Below are positions 49,773 through 63,673 of a stretch of DNA of 64,000 nucleotides, in pieces. Below the pieces are notes generated by a model, which ran no database searches, was not told where the DNA came from, and worked only from the letters and a program-made list of their open reading frames with translations. The stretch covers positions 4,652,001 through 4,716,000 of the forward strand of contig NC_087250.1 in NCBI RefSeq assembly GCF_037042905.1, given 5' to 3'. The stretch is from Lytechinus pictus. Its lineage: Eukaryota. The translations under genes were made by a program, and so were the position numbers. Numbering within the stretch: position 1 is the first letter of the stretch; every line of letters starts with the position of its first letter.

Positions 49773-52027
49773 CTGTAGCAAAGAAAACAAAATGAAACGT
49801 TTTTTTTTATAGAGCTGAAAATAAAACTAACGGCAATAATAATTACAATAATACTAATAATAACAGCAATAATGATTATAATAATTAAAATAATAATAAC
49901 GATAATAATAATAGCAATAATGAGTATAATGATTATAATTTTAACTCTAATAATAAAAGCAAAGATGATAATAATAATAATGTGCTTATATATACAGTGC
50001 TATTCAAGTCTCTAAGTGTTAACCAGAAATTATAATAGTGAGAATAATAAAAGTAATAATAATAATAGTAGCGATAATGATTATAATACTACTATTACTA
50101 CTACTACTAATAATAATAATAATAATAGCAAATTTTTATAAAGCGCTTTTCCCAGAATGGCCCAAAGCGCGTTACAGCATATTATTACCCCGGTCATTGG
50201 ATTCATTTCAATCAAGCACGAAAAGTGCACAATTTCCACTCCCTGGGGAGCATTCCTTGCATTCGTCGCAGCCACATTATGGCGCTGGCAAAATCAAACG
50301 TACAATATCTTTCGCATCCTACCGGGTACCCATTTAGCACCTGGGTCGAGAGTGGCAAAGTGTGGATTAACGCCTTGCCAAAGGACGCTAGACCGCGGTG
50401 GGATTCGAACACACGACCCTCTGTTTACAAGGCGAGAGTCAGAACCACTACACCACGGCTCTTCCACTAATAATGTGCTTACATACAGTACTCGACAATA
50501 ATTTTGCATAATTACCCTGGCTTGAGCAGGTTTAGCAGAGCAGCTGTTACGCGCACTTCATTTCAAGGAATCAATTCCTGCCATGTACCATTTTACCTCA
50601 ACTGGGGGCCGTTTCATAAATCTGTTCGTAAGTTAAGAGCGACTTTAAGAACGACTGGTGAACCTTTCTTACGTGCTGAATAATCGTCAATGAACATTTA
50701 ATTGTGAATATCATTTACCACAAGAAATTGATCACTAGCCGTTCTTAAAGAGGAATCCAGCCTTGGCCATAAAATGTTGTGTTGGGAAGGAGAAAAATAA
50801 ATTAAACAGAATGGTGAAAGTTTGAAAGAAATCAGACAAGCAATAAGAAAGTAAATAGCTGCTTTAAAATTGAGATCACTAATACAACGTAGATTTCAAA
50901 TTGGCAACTGGGTAAGTAAATTATGACAAGGGGCAAGGACAACTTTCCCATAGGCCATGTACTTTATTATGAGGGATTTGTGGTTTTCTCCTAAGTACCC
51001 ATTCCCCTGGGACAGTAATTTAAATATAACCCAGGTAGTATATTATTTCATGTCCTCATGAATGAAAAATATAATTTGAAATAAAACTTTTGGGAAAAAT
51101 GACATTTTAGCCATAATGTATTGGAGTACATGGAAGAGTAGTCCTTGCCTTACATCACTATGACATCCCATATGCGGCCACTTTGAAGTCTCCATGGGTA
51201 TAGTGATTACCAATATTTACAACTTTTAAAAATTCATAACTTTCTTGTTGTTTGTCCAATATTGTTCAAACTTTCACCTATCAACTTGTCTAATTTTTCT
51301 TTTCCTTATAAAAACAAGTTTTTATTTGGGTTGGATTCTCCTTTAAAGTTGCTCTTAACTTACGAACAGCTTAATAAAACACCCACCTGGGTTGAGTGCA
51401 TGCAGGCTGTGCTGCACAGGGTGAATCAATTTCTTGCGAAGGAAATAAGACGCCATGGCTGGGATTCGAACCCAGGATCCTCTGTTTCAAAGACCGATGA
51501 CTAATTCACTGGGCCTCGATTATACATGAGTTCTTTTACCAACCCTTCGTCCATAAATCCATATAAAGTGTTCTTTATCCGAAACGCACTTTTCTGTTTT
51601 GTGCCCTAGGGTATACCCAGTTCAATGTGCCTTTTGAATACCGCATAACATTCCACAAAATATTTTCTCGTTGTATGGAAACAATGAAAGCTATTGTCAT
51701 GAATCAATGACTATCTTTATGGTTATAGATGCCTCGATTGTATGTCTTTTCAATGATTTATTGGCCTACCCTTATTGTGTTGTATTCATGCATGAAAACC
51801 AGTATTCTTTCTGCTCCGAAAATGTAGAATTAGTTGGTATTTTCTAATTAAAGGTAAATTTCAGTTTTGGGAACGATCTCAAAATGACTTTTTACAGAAT
51901 TTAATATAATGATCACCAAAGTGTCTGTTTGTATGAATAAAAAATATGTGCCAAAGGATTCTGGAAGAAATTGTGTAATTGCTGAGAAATAAGCAAAATA
52001 AGCGCGGATTCGGTCACTGATCCGTCG

Positions 52028-53259
52028 CACAGTGGGCCAGAATGAGTTGAAAGTGCGCCAAAATTATATTCCGTGTTAGATTTTTACTTTAACATGTTGA
52101 CTATGGGTAATTTTGGGCGTAGAATCGACTGAACATAATCTAAAGCCGATTTGACGTCACCTTGATACCAAATTTTGATTGGCTACTTAAAACATATCTG
52201 TGAAGACAAATTACGCTAGACAATGTGTAGTATATAAATTTTGTGTTATGTGCTACTTTAAGATTGACCAGAGTGAATGTTGGTTTAGGCTTCTCACATG
52301 CCTAAAAAGTGTGTATGAGATCCTGAAAATAATTTTATAGCATCAAAATGATCATTAATTAGATTTATAAAAAGAAAAAATAAAATCTGAAAAATATTAA
52401 CCGTGCTTTATGAAGCTGTGTTTACTTGTGTAAAATGCAGTGTATTTAGCACCAAGAATGTATCACTATGAGGAGGGTTTTTGGCTGAAATTATTCTACA
52501 AGTAAGTTTTAACTCTGGAAGAGTTGTGAGTATAGCCCTTATTTGCGTTAGCAACCTTTATTTTGTTTACTTTATTTTGCCCGGAATTCATGTCATTTTC
52601 ATGGAATGGAAGGGGAATCGTCCTCGCCCTGCAAAAGCGAGCGGCAATTAATGTACACCCATACGGTGCGCTACGATGACTGCGCGGTATAAAATTACCG
52701 TTTTTGAACAGGTTTTGGGGGTGTTGTGTCAAGTAAAATTGGCTCTCACATGGCAACGGGCAAAAACGGGCAGCTGAATTTGGTATCGTCTTAAAGCTTA
52801 GACATCAGAAAAAATGATGATGATAAAAATTAGACGGAAATCCACGGAAATCCAAACGTTTCTAATGTAAATGCAAAAAACATGGATTTTCAGCCTATTT
52901 CGAGGAATAATCATACTATAAACCTCCTGAAAGGTGTCTTTTATCTACTTTGAGCCCTTTCACACACAAAAAAGAATATATCAGGATTATGTTGGAGCCA
53001 TTTCAGATTCCTGCATGAAAAACCTCCTGGGAAATTGTCTGTTTTTAACTAGGTTGTCATATACGCGACATTTCGCAAAATGTCACATTTTACGATTTGA
53101 GGTTGGAAATTAACAACCTTTATGCAAATTTCGGAATGAAATATTTTGCTGAAGTATTCTTCAAAGTGTTGTCTTTCAGCTGGGCATAACAAAAAATAAA
53201 AATCAGAAATTGCCCAAAATGACTTTTGGCGCACTTTTGTTTCGCCCCGGCCCACTGTG
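52028..53259. mobile_element. Non-autonomous Transib/RAG-like transposon
   Basis: cgtcg|CACAGTGggcc...ggccCACTGTG|cgtcg; bipartite TIR; nested in an older element at about 51848-53480. Confidence 0.85.
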
Positions 53260-55681
53260 CGTCGGGTCTTTATTCCAGCAAGAATGATACACTGTCCCAC
53301 GTGTGCCTATCTGTGTTCAGTGTGATCGTTTTTTTTAGCTAGATATTATGATTTCACAAAGTTCAGTTTATGTAACTGTACAAGATCTAGATCCACGATG
53401 ATATATCAATACTTTACCTTGGTTTTACAGACTTTCTCATGAAATCAATGTTTTACTGCAACTACGTTCATTTAGCTTTGAATGTAAGACATGTCTGCAA
53501 TAAAGTAATTCAGTATCTATAATGAATTTCCCTTTAAAAGTGCCATGAAATTCATTTGCAAAGTACTTTTTTTTCAATTTGATTAATGTGAGGATTGACA
53601 TTAAAAAAAAATAAATTCTTATGTTAATTGAATTTAAAAGGTATTGCAACTAACGAATTCTACTGCAATTCCTGAGGATATTAGCTTTATGGACCGTGAA
53701 TACATTCGAAGTAGTCATGACATTCATTGGCGGAAATAATATTTCATATCATTATGATATCCTTTGATTAAATCCAAGCGTAGACATAAACCACGGAAAG
53801 ATGTTATCACATTGTTTGAGAGAATATGTTCTTTCAGAGCCCAATAAAAGACTTTCGTTCATGACAGAATTTCTCCATCAATTGTGATTTTTTATTTATT
53901 TATTTATTTTTTGGTTTAGGTTTAAAGTATTTCTCATTCAAAATGTCATTCCATGTTTGTACGAGCGTAAGTCGTCGTGCATAGTTAAAGGAGAATGAAA
54001 CCTTTGGAACAAAATAGCTTGTGTGAAAACAGAAAATTGAAAGAAACAGATCAACGAAAGTCTGAGTAAAATCGAACAAATAATGAGAAAGATATGAGCA
54101 TTTGAAATTTTCGATCACTAATGCTATGGATATCCTCAAATTGGCAATGCGACAAAGATGTGTGATGTCACTTGTGAACAATTACTCTCCCCATTACTTT
54201 AGTATGTATTTCACTTAAATTGCCTTTTTTATCACATCTATCAGTAGATCAGTGTTCTTTCTATTGGAGGGCATGTAATACAGATTTTTGAAAAATACAT
54301 CATGGATAAAAAGTTTGTATCACCATTTAAGAAAAAGCAAAGAGACATTTTGAGGGTATTTTATGGTCCATCAAAGGGAAAGTTGTTCACATGTGACATC
54401 ACACATCCTTGTCACATTGCCAATGGGAGGATCTCCATAGCATTAGTGATTGCTATATTCAAATGCTCATAAATTTCTCATTATTTGTCCGATTTTTCTC
54501 AAACTTTCTTTGTTCTTATTCTTCGATTTTTCTGTTTCGACACACCCCTACTTGTTCCAAAGGTTTCATTCCCCTTTGAGATATGGGCCTATTTCGAAAT
54601 TATGGGAAGGGTCAGAGGGGAAGGGCTTATGCGATTTGAACAGGGGCGGCGATCTTGGGGGGCTGGGGGCACAGTACCCCCCCCCCCCACACTTTTTGAA
54701 GCACTGAAAAAGTGCCCTTTTAACGCAAGAAAAATGACCCCTTGCGAACGTGTTCTGTGCCCCTTTCACCTGAGAAGGACCCGTTTTATGTCTTCTTGTA
54801 AGTGCCCTTTCTCGCATCAGTGCCCCTTTTTACCGCACAAAAGTGCGGCAAAGAAGTCCTGTGCCCCTTTCACCTGAGGAGGACTTGTTTTGTGTGTCAA
54901 CGAGTGCTACTTTGCCTTCTCATATAGGTGCCCGTTCTTTATAATCAGATAAGTTGTCCTGAAAAACACATTTTCCGTGCCCGATGTGCGCCCGGTTTCT
55001 CTATTTAGCGCCGTTCTGCTCCCTTCTGCAAGTGCATAATAAATGAAAAAACTTGTAAAAAATAATCCTACGTGCCTTAAGTATCATGAGTCATGTGAAT
55101 GGGGTAGATGGGTGGGGCAGGGGGTAGTTGCCACCCCCCCCCCCGAAATTTTGAAAACTCACATTTTTTTTACTGCAGATTTTCACAAAATTCACCAAAA
55201 GTATACAAAAAATCATTCAATTTCACTTAACAAAATGCGAAAGCACCTATATGATAAACTCGGTCGCTTCACTCCCTCGGTTTTAAGCTTTTTTTTCCAA
55301 ATGGTTTACACGTGCTGCCCCCAGCGAAATTGTTCTGCATACGGCCATGTTTAATATAGCGCCCTTTTTGAAAGAAACGGTGCCCTTTTTTCCCTGTGTG
55401 CCCCCCCACTTTCAAATTCGCTCCGCCGCCCTTGGATTTGAACTTGAATTGAACCAAAGATGCGAAATGGCAAGTTGATCTGAAGGAAAAGAAAAATTTG
55501 GATAAAATCGAACGAGGCAATAAGACTCTCCCACATCTAGCGGCAAAAAAATTGAATACAACAGACATTCAATTCAGTTTGTACTGTGTAGGATTCCTCG
55601 CATCGTTCCATGAAGAATATTCATGAGTTCTTTTTTCTTTTTTTTTGGCCTTGTTTTGTTTAGTTTTGTTTGGTTGCTTAC

Positions 55682-55800
55682 CTTAGTCCGACCTCATATG
55701 CCAATCCGGAGCCATCGATATCCCTGATCACGTGACGACAATCATGAGAGTGAAGGCGAGCTCCAAAGTAAGTGACGGCGTAGGGTTTGTCGGTGACGTA
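55682..55800 (-). CDS. PDZ + IL-1-like gene, exon 2 (PDZ N-half)
   Basis: cag|YVTDKPYAVTYFGARLHSHDCRHVIRDIDGSGLAYEVGL(R)|gtaagc; PDZ FGxxL...G.A...GL pattern. Confidence 0.82.
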
Positions 55801-57503
55801 CTGTACAAAAATATTCCTAATATTCGGAAGCTGAGTGTAGATTGAATTTTCAAAAATGTGAATTAAAAACTATACATAAAGATTTACAAAGTTATAAAAA
55901 AAATATTAAGTAGAAAAATATATCGATATGTATATTCCTAATAATATGAATTAAGCTGCATACATATGAATATATATAACATTGAGCAGATAATGTTATC
56001 AAAAATATTAAATAATAAGATGTATTTAACATTATTATGTATATATACGTATAATATTGTGCAGTTAAAACCATTGAAGATATTACAAATATCAAATTAT
56101 TATATGTATATGTTTATACTGTGCATATCAAATAAAAGTTTACACTTTGAAAATGTCCTTGTAATTATAAACAGGGGCGTGGTTACTGGGGGCGGGGGGC
56201 ACGTGTCCCCATGCCCCCCCCCCCAGAAATAAAAATTGGCGGAGCAAAACAAAAGAAGAAAAGGGAGAAATAAAAAAAAATGAAAGATAGAAAGAAAAAG
56301 AGACGAGGAAAGATTTGAATCAATAGAAAAAAAATCAGACAAGCATAATGCTGAAAATTTCATCAAAATCGAATGTAAAATAAGAAAGTTAATTGAAATT
56401 TTTAAGTTTTGCTTAGTTTTCAGAAATGGTTACATGCACAATATTTAGTCACAAGTAAATTAAAGAATTGATGATGTCCCTCACTCACCATTTCTTTTGT
56501 TATCGGTTTGAATTATACAATATTTCAATTTTTACCGATTTGGCAATAAGGACCAACTTGACTGAACCATAAAATATTAAATAATGGTAATTTTACATGT
56601 TCAGGGAGAAACTTTGTTTCACAGGACAATGAGGACAAATTTAAAATATTCTATATTTCATATATTAAAATAAAAGGAAATAGTGAGTGAGTGATTGCAT
56701 TTAACTGTTTGGTGAAATTAAGCGAAACTTAAAAATGTCATAGCTTTCTTTTTTTTACATTCGATTTTGATGAAATTTTCAGTGTTATGCTTGTCGGATA
56801 TTTCTCCTTTTATTCCAATCAACTTTTTGTTGGGGTGGACTTGTTCCTTACATAAGCACATAAGATTAAGAAATAAGAAATTAACATTTTCATAAATTAC
56901 TAATAACTAAATTGGCCCTTTTTCAAAATGGAATATCGGCAAGTTTCATCTCACGCTTAGGAATAATTGGAAGATATTCATCATTTTTATATGATGACAA
57001 ACTGTCCTTAGAATGTCCCGGTCCTTGGTCAAAATAATAAAAATATCAGCTCGCGCTTCGCGCTCGCATCTTTTATAAAGTGTGATCCCCTCCACTTAGA
57101 AATTTTCCTACACAGTGCTTGAAATAGTGCTTAAAGATATTTAAAACATTTAGTTCAGAGTTAGGGTTTTCGATCCATATTTCGGATTGAGGGCTGGGTT
57201 CACTTCTCCCCGGCCCGGCACCACATTCCTCTTGAAAATAGGAATTTTACGTTATTTGATTAGGCTCACTCCTGTCAAGTTAAGTAAACGAAAAGCCTTG
57301 AAAGTGTAACATTGCACGCCATCTTCTTAATCGTTGTCCCTCTTTTCGTGAAGTGAAATCATATGCCCTCATCTACATTATATAACACCAATCAGTACCT
57401 GATGGGTGTATATAGAAATAGATGAAATAGTTATGAAATAACTCTGTTGACGTGCCTAATTAAAACATTAAATTTTGTGTGTCTTAATTACCCCGGATCT
57501 TAC

Positions 57504-57758
57504 CCGATGTTCGTCATCATTAAGTTCATCTGGTGATTCCTGCGGTGAAGCGGTGTTTACCGCCGCGGTTCCTTGCCCTCCAACCGCTTCCTTCTCTACC
57601 GCCCGCTTCACGCGTGTTTCTTCTGGGCTCGCCCCATCACTTACGCCAACGTCGCGTTGGACTTGGCCTTCCGTTACCGGTGATCCTTCTGCGGTAACCC
57701 TACCCGTTCCTCGGCTTTTAGAGGCTGAAGCCATCCCTTTTGAAGCGTGTATTCCCAT
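57504..57758 (-). CDS. PDZ + IL-1-like gene, coding exon 1 (MGIHASK..., low-complexity N-terminus)
   Basis: ATG with an upstream in-frame stop; ends DDEHR|gtaaga in phase 0; GC-rich coding-like composition. Confidence 0.7.
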
Positions 57759-59258
57759 TGTCGAAGCCACGATTTTGATGTGCAGGGAAAATATTTATTG
57801 CAACGTGTGTACGAACGCTTGGTCGACCACGGCCCGTTAAAAATCAAGTTTATATAATTCAATGGCGTAGCATGCTTTGAAGTTTGGCATTTATACAAAT
57901 TTTGATTTCGAAAGAACCATGGGTCGATGGATGGAGATAATACGCAGGCATAAACTTTTGTAAAATATTGAAAGGAATTCCATGTAACAAAATAAATGGG
58001 TTTCAATCTGTTTAGAGAGAAAATATAGTTTCGATTTCATTTTGAGTTATAAAATATTAGTGTCCTAGTTTATTTGACGAGGGAGGCAGTTCGTGGTAGC
58101 CACACCCTCTAAACATAAATGTTTATTGTAAATTTGTGTCTGTCTGTCTGTCTCTCCCCATCTGCCTCCATATCCTCTAGTTCAATCTCTCTTGATCTTT
58201 CTGCCAGAATCTGATAATAATAATTGTTCCATCTTTCTTTTCATATCTGTATTCCACAACGCAGCTACATGCATGTAGGCCTACAATTTATTAGTTATAC
58301 ATACACTGTAAAAACTGTGGTGTTAAAACTGACACCAGTTGGTATTAATAGAGGACCACATCCCGAGGTGTTAAATTTAAACCCTAGAGATTGAACATAA
58401 CACCAAAGAGTGTGAATGTAACAACCAAAGGTGTAATAACACCTATAGGTGTTAAAATAACACCACCAATTTAACACCGGAGTAAAATAACTGGTGTGGT
58501 CCTCAATGTACACCGGTTAACACCACAGTTTTTGCTGTGTACATGCTAGCCTGTACTCTCCTCCATACCCCACCCCCACACACTCTCGCCCCCCCCCTTC
58601 TCTCCCTATCTCCCTGTCTAACCCACCCTCACACACACACACGTCCAAGGTCGGTCCCAATTTTGGGGACAAAACAATCTCAATTGACGCCCCCCCCCCC
58701 GATTATCAATGCGTGGATTATACATTAGGCCCTAATATCATTGTTTTCTTAGTTCGTCTCTCTTTTTTTTCCAACTTCTTGAACAACCATATAGGGACAC
58801 TCACACCCAGCCTGCCCTACCCGTCACCCATGCACATCGCACCACGAACACTGTTTCACAATATCACATCCAATAACATCCATTTTCATCCCCTTTCCTC
58901 CGCCCAGGCTAGCCGAAAATAAATCATCACCCCGATCTCCCCCCCCCCCACCAAGATGTATTCAATATAAAATAAAGAATTCAAAAGGGGAAGTTTGAGC
59001 CCCGGTACATTTATCACTGATCCGTGACTGTAGAAATCTCGTTACAGAGCGTGACGAGTAAAGACTAAAACATTCCATTTAACTATTCCAGATATTTTTT
59101 TTTCTATTGCACACTCAAGCCGGATGTTTTCAAAAGTAATATCACAGAATAAGGGCCTTCGTCTATTTTATGGGCGTCGGTTAAACTAAGTTTATGATTT
59201 CATCGAGTTTCTGAGAATATCATTGCCTCAAAAAATTATTGACCCTATAATATGTTTT

Positions 59259-59268
59259 GGGATTTCCC
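59259..59268. promoter_or_regulatory. Candidate NF-kB site
   Basis: GGGATTTCCC, 1.5 kb upstream of the ATG at 57758. Confidence 0.35.
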
Positions 59269-60057
59269 GGTTTTTTTCCTTTTGAACCCCATTTTGGAAA
59301 AGCCACTTAAGGGCATTTGAAATCCGTGTAATTCTCGAAATTAGAATAGAGGTGAAATGCTATATACACATAATCGTTTGGTATATCGCCAATATACTCA
59401 AATATGACAACTATATATATATTTAATTGGTTTAATACATTCAGCCAAAACATAGATTATGCATTTACATGAAATCAAAAGAAATTACATTAAAATGTTC
59501 TTCCTAAAGAAATAACTTCATTAATCACAAAGGTACATGTCTTCCTTATTCTTGCCATTTTATTTTTCACTGACTGTACTAAAACTAAGATTATGATAGA
59601 CACTTCATTCCTTGCCGAAATGAACATGTATTATCGCCCATGACACACAGATTAACAATTTTGTACCGCTTTCAGTAACTCGCTGATCCGGACCAGTCTC
59701 GGCCTAAATCGTTAAAACAAATGAGTTTATGAATGGCGCGAGCTAAAATAGCCCGCCTGGATTCGTCAGGTACACTGGAGGGCTTATAATTCACTTTAGC
59801 CTGTAATAACATTTTTTTACCCCTAGACCATGGATTATGAACCGAAATAGGATTCTAGGGTGGATGAGTCAGTTGTATCCATTTTCAGTTAATGGCGGCC
59901 ATCTTGGACGCCATCTTGAAAATAACCACTTTCCCGGATGCAGATTTTGGTAGATTTTTAGTATGTTATTCCTGAGGTCAAATAGTACAAAAACCGTTAA
60001 AATATCATTTGTTCCGGGTAAGGGTATTTTTGGTCGTAAATTGACCAGTCTATGAGA

Positions 60058-60068
60058 GGGGAATTCCC
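60058..60068. promoter_or_regulatory. Candidate NF-kB site
   Basis: GGGGAATTCCC, 2.3 kb upstream of the ATG at 57758. Confidence 0.35.
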
Positions 60069-61182
60069 GAAACGTAGAGAGTAATTACATCTCTGCGCAA
60101 GTGCTATAAGCCCGCGTGCCCGAGTTTTTTAATGGGTGATCGTAATAATAGTGCGGCTCTCCTATAGTTACTGAACGCAATTTTTATGGTGCGGTGCGGA
60201 CTATTTTTTGTAGCACTGGCCTGATGCGGACTATTTTTTTTTGGCACAGGCCTGATGCGGACCAAAAAAAAAAAAATCATGAGTTACTGAAAACAGTATT
60301 ATAATAATGTACAAGACTACACAGCAAAAACTGTGGTGTTAACAGGTGTACATAGAGGACCACACCAGTTATTTTACACCGGTGTTAAATTGGTGGTGTT
60401 AGTTTTACACCTATATGTGTTATTACAACACCTATGGTTGTTACATGACACTCTTTGGTGTTATGTTCAATCTCTAGGGTGTTATTTTAACACCTCAGGG
60501 TGTGGTCCTCTATTAACACAAATTGGTGTCAGTTTTAACACCACAGTTTTTACAGTATACAACATATCAGAGCCCTAGAAATGATTTGTTGACTGGGGGA
60601 ACTGATGTAAAAAAAAAAAGGGGGGGGGTCACTAAAAAATGGAGATCAAATAATTGGTGCCCTCAATTCCCAGGGCTATGTAACCAATATACCTACACTC
60701 TAAAAACAAATCAGTGAAAATAACTAGTTAATCGGGTCAGCTGGGTGCAGCTGCTTTTCTAGTCATCTTTGACTATTTTCTAGTCGTATTTTACTGGAAC
60801 ACAGTTATTTCTGACTAGAATATATTATGTTAGAAATATGACTATCAGTGATTGCCATATCACTTGCACCCAGATGACTACTGGTCTAGTCAATTTGACT
60901 GATTTGTTTTAAGAGTGTATACATATACCGTGATATTATGATGTCGTTGGTACACTACAAAAGCTGCAAGCCACTACTTTTCTCAGTCTATTTCTGTCCT
61001 CTACATCTCTCTGTGATTTTAAAACATCATAAAACATAGTTTATATACATATATAATGTGTGACTTTACCTTTCCTTTTTTATTTGAGCTATGCTCCTTT
61101 TAAAATCTACGATTTTATTTCCACGGCATTTTCTAAACCTTTTGTGATTATTTTATTCCATATGCCGAAGCAGACTATTTCT

Positions 61183-61225
<43 letters not shown>

Positions 61226-61329
61226 TTATATGCACTTAGTTATTATATGCACTTATAAATCAAATACAGTGATGTCAAATATGTGCTGCTCGTGTAAACA
61301 CATGTTGTTACTTGAATGTTGATTAAATT

Positions 61330-63486
61330 GGGCGATTCCACACTAGAACTGCAAAAATATCATAAATTTCAACATGCTTTCAATAAGTCATAAGTAGTGT
61401 AATATTTTACAATGATACCTAAATTTTATGAAAATTATGAGTTTTAACCAAAAGTGAAGTCAGATACAGTCAGAATTTTAGATTTTCAATAATTTTGCTA
61501 ATTAAATAGTCAAGTACAAAGACTGAAACAATTATTGGCAAAGCACGAGAAGATTGAAATATTGCAGGTCAATGGAATAATGTATCATTGATGGTTCCAA
61601 ATAATATATACATCATTTTCAGGATCCATAATAGGGGCAGCCCTGATTTTTCCGAACCTATTTTTGGCAATGTCCCGTACGACACGTGAAAATGCAAAAG
61701 TTTTTTCTACAAATTTATTTTTGATGATGCAATTTATATCAGTTTCTCTTTCTTTGACCCATGGGTGATCGATTTTTCCCATAAGGATCTTATCACTGCC
61801 CTTCATTTTCCAATGATTGTCCTATTAAAAGTTGTCCCGTACGACACACAATATATAATGCATTTAATTGCAGGATTTGGATTCAGAAACTATAAATAGT
61901 AGGCCTATTTTAATTCAAGTAATTGATTTGACATAAAGTGAACTGAAAAAATAGTTTTTTTTATCTCCATAGAACATGAAATAGGTGATTCTAACCATTT
62001 TAATTGATTTCATGTAGGTGTATTCTGAATTTGTGAATCCATGAATCCCTTCAGCTTAACTGGTGATTTTCACTGGTCAGAGCAGGTTAATTTCTTTGTC
62101 ACTGAGCATGAAAAGAAAAACTTTATAATTGATTCACCCTAGCCTGGAAGATGACTTCCTCTTGCATGCTAATGTGGAATTATTATAAGATGTAAAAAAA
62201 AAATTACATATCAATCAACTATTTGGACTTCCCTTGATGATCACTAATTTTTTTATTTTGAAACTCCTTTTTTTTTTTAAGTTGTAAAAAAAAATCTGGA
62301 AAATAAGACAAACCATGTTGTTCAAAAAAAATCTGGAAAATAAGACAAACCATATGGTTTCATGAAATGCAGAAAGGTTTGAAAAAGTAGAACCGCATTT
62401 CTTTAGAAAAAAAATTATTTGTGGAATTACAAATGAGAGTTGTGACATATAATATATATAGATACATTTTATATGAAAAATTATAACATTTTACTGAGCC
62501 CCATAATTGACACAAACAGTTTCATTCATTCATTGTTTAAAAAGTGTATTGGAAATCATCAGTTAATTAACTAAGATATAACTTCACACAAAACCTCAAG
62601 TTTTTCAGCTCGTTAAAATGCTGTGAACCCTTGTTCATTTCCCATCATGAAAAAAAATGATAACATATTGCTCCCGATTGTATATATTGAGGTTACTTAA
62701 TTATATTGTCCTGAATGACTACTTATTAACAGACTTTCATGAAAAGGGAAGAATTTAGTGGGCAATGCTCCCCTTCTGATTGATAAAAAGTTCATTGTTT
62801 TATTCAGGCTGCCCAGTACAACACGCAAGTGTCCTGTACGACACACAGGTGTCCCGTACGACACAGAAGTGTCCTGTACGACACACAAGTGTCCCGTACG
62901 ACACATTATTTTGTTTGTGATATATTGACAGAAATATTCAGCTAATAGCGGTTTCTAACATATGAATGTCTTTAGTTTGATAGGATTATCATTATCATCA
63001 GCCAAATAAAGTGATTGAAGAAGTCAAAGAGACATGAAGTAAGAAAGTTTGGCTTCAATTTATAGAGATGTCCCGTACGACACATTTTGAGTGTCCCGTA
63101 CGCCACAATGTTCTCGAAAATTGTAATTTGCTTTATTTATTCATGAATTTTTATTTTGCTTTCTTTCATAGATGTGTTTGTTCTTGGGTAATTGAATATC
63201 AATTTGAGTTCAGTTTCTATGAAAAATATCTGTCGAACTCACAGACTTTAGAGTACAAACTTGAGGTTTCGAAAAAAGCAACTTTTTCTGCGTCCGTACG
63301 ACACATTACTATTTTAAATCTGTATTATACAGGATGTGAATTCAAGTCATGTTAAGTCTTGGTTTTTCTAACACTCTGGTAGTACTTGATGATCACCTTT
63401 AGTTACTGGAATATTTTTAGTTTTTCTGGTAAAAAAAACTGTCAAATGTTCTCTAAATGTCCCGTACGACACGTATGGAATCACCC
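61330..63486. mobile_element. 2.2-kb non-autonomous DNA transposon with AATT TSD (Sola1-like)
   Basis: aatt|gggcgattcca...tggaatcaccc|aatt; internal tgtcccgtacgacac repeats; empty site in the paralogous block at about 37083. Confidence 0.75.
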
Positions 63487-63548
63487 AATTCCGATATTTA
63501 TGTATTGCACACATCTGTAGAGCGCATTATTATTTTCTTATTTTTACA

Positions 63549-63673
63549 TCACGAGGGTGGGGGTTTCTTCGGTGGATTTACACGCAGAATCGCCTTGAGG
63601 TCCTGTACGATTCGAAACTCGGAGGCTGTTCGACCAAGACTAGCAATCGATTCCACGTCAGTCATGTAGAGAT
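63549..63673 (-). CDS. Terminal exon of a tandem paralogue of the PDZ + IL-1-like gene (rest lies beyond the window)
   Basis: cag|(D)LYMTDVESIASLGRTASEFRIVQDLKAILRVNPPKKPPPS*; near-identical DNA to 37230-37366 plus flanks. Confidence 0.75.

Noticed and set aside
57475..57840. 121-aa plus-strand ORF
   Set aside because: Antisense shadow of the GC-rich minus-strand exon 1.
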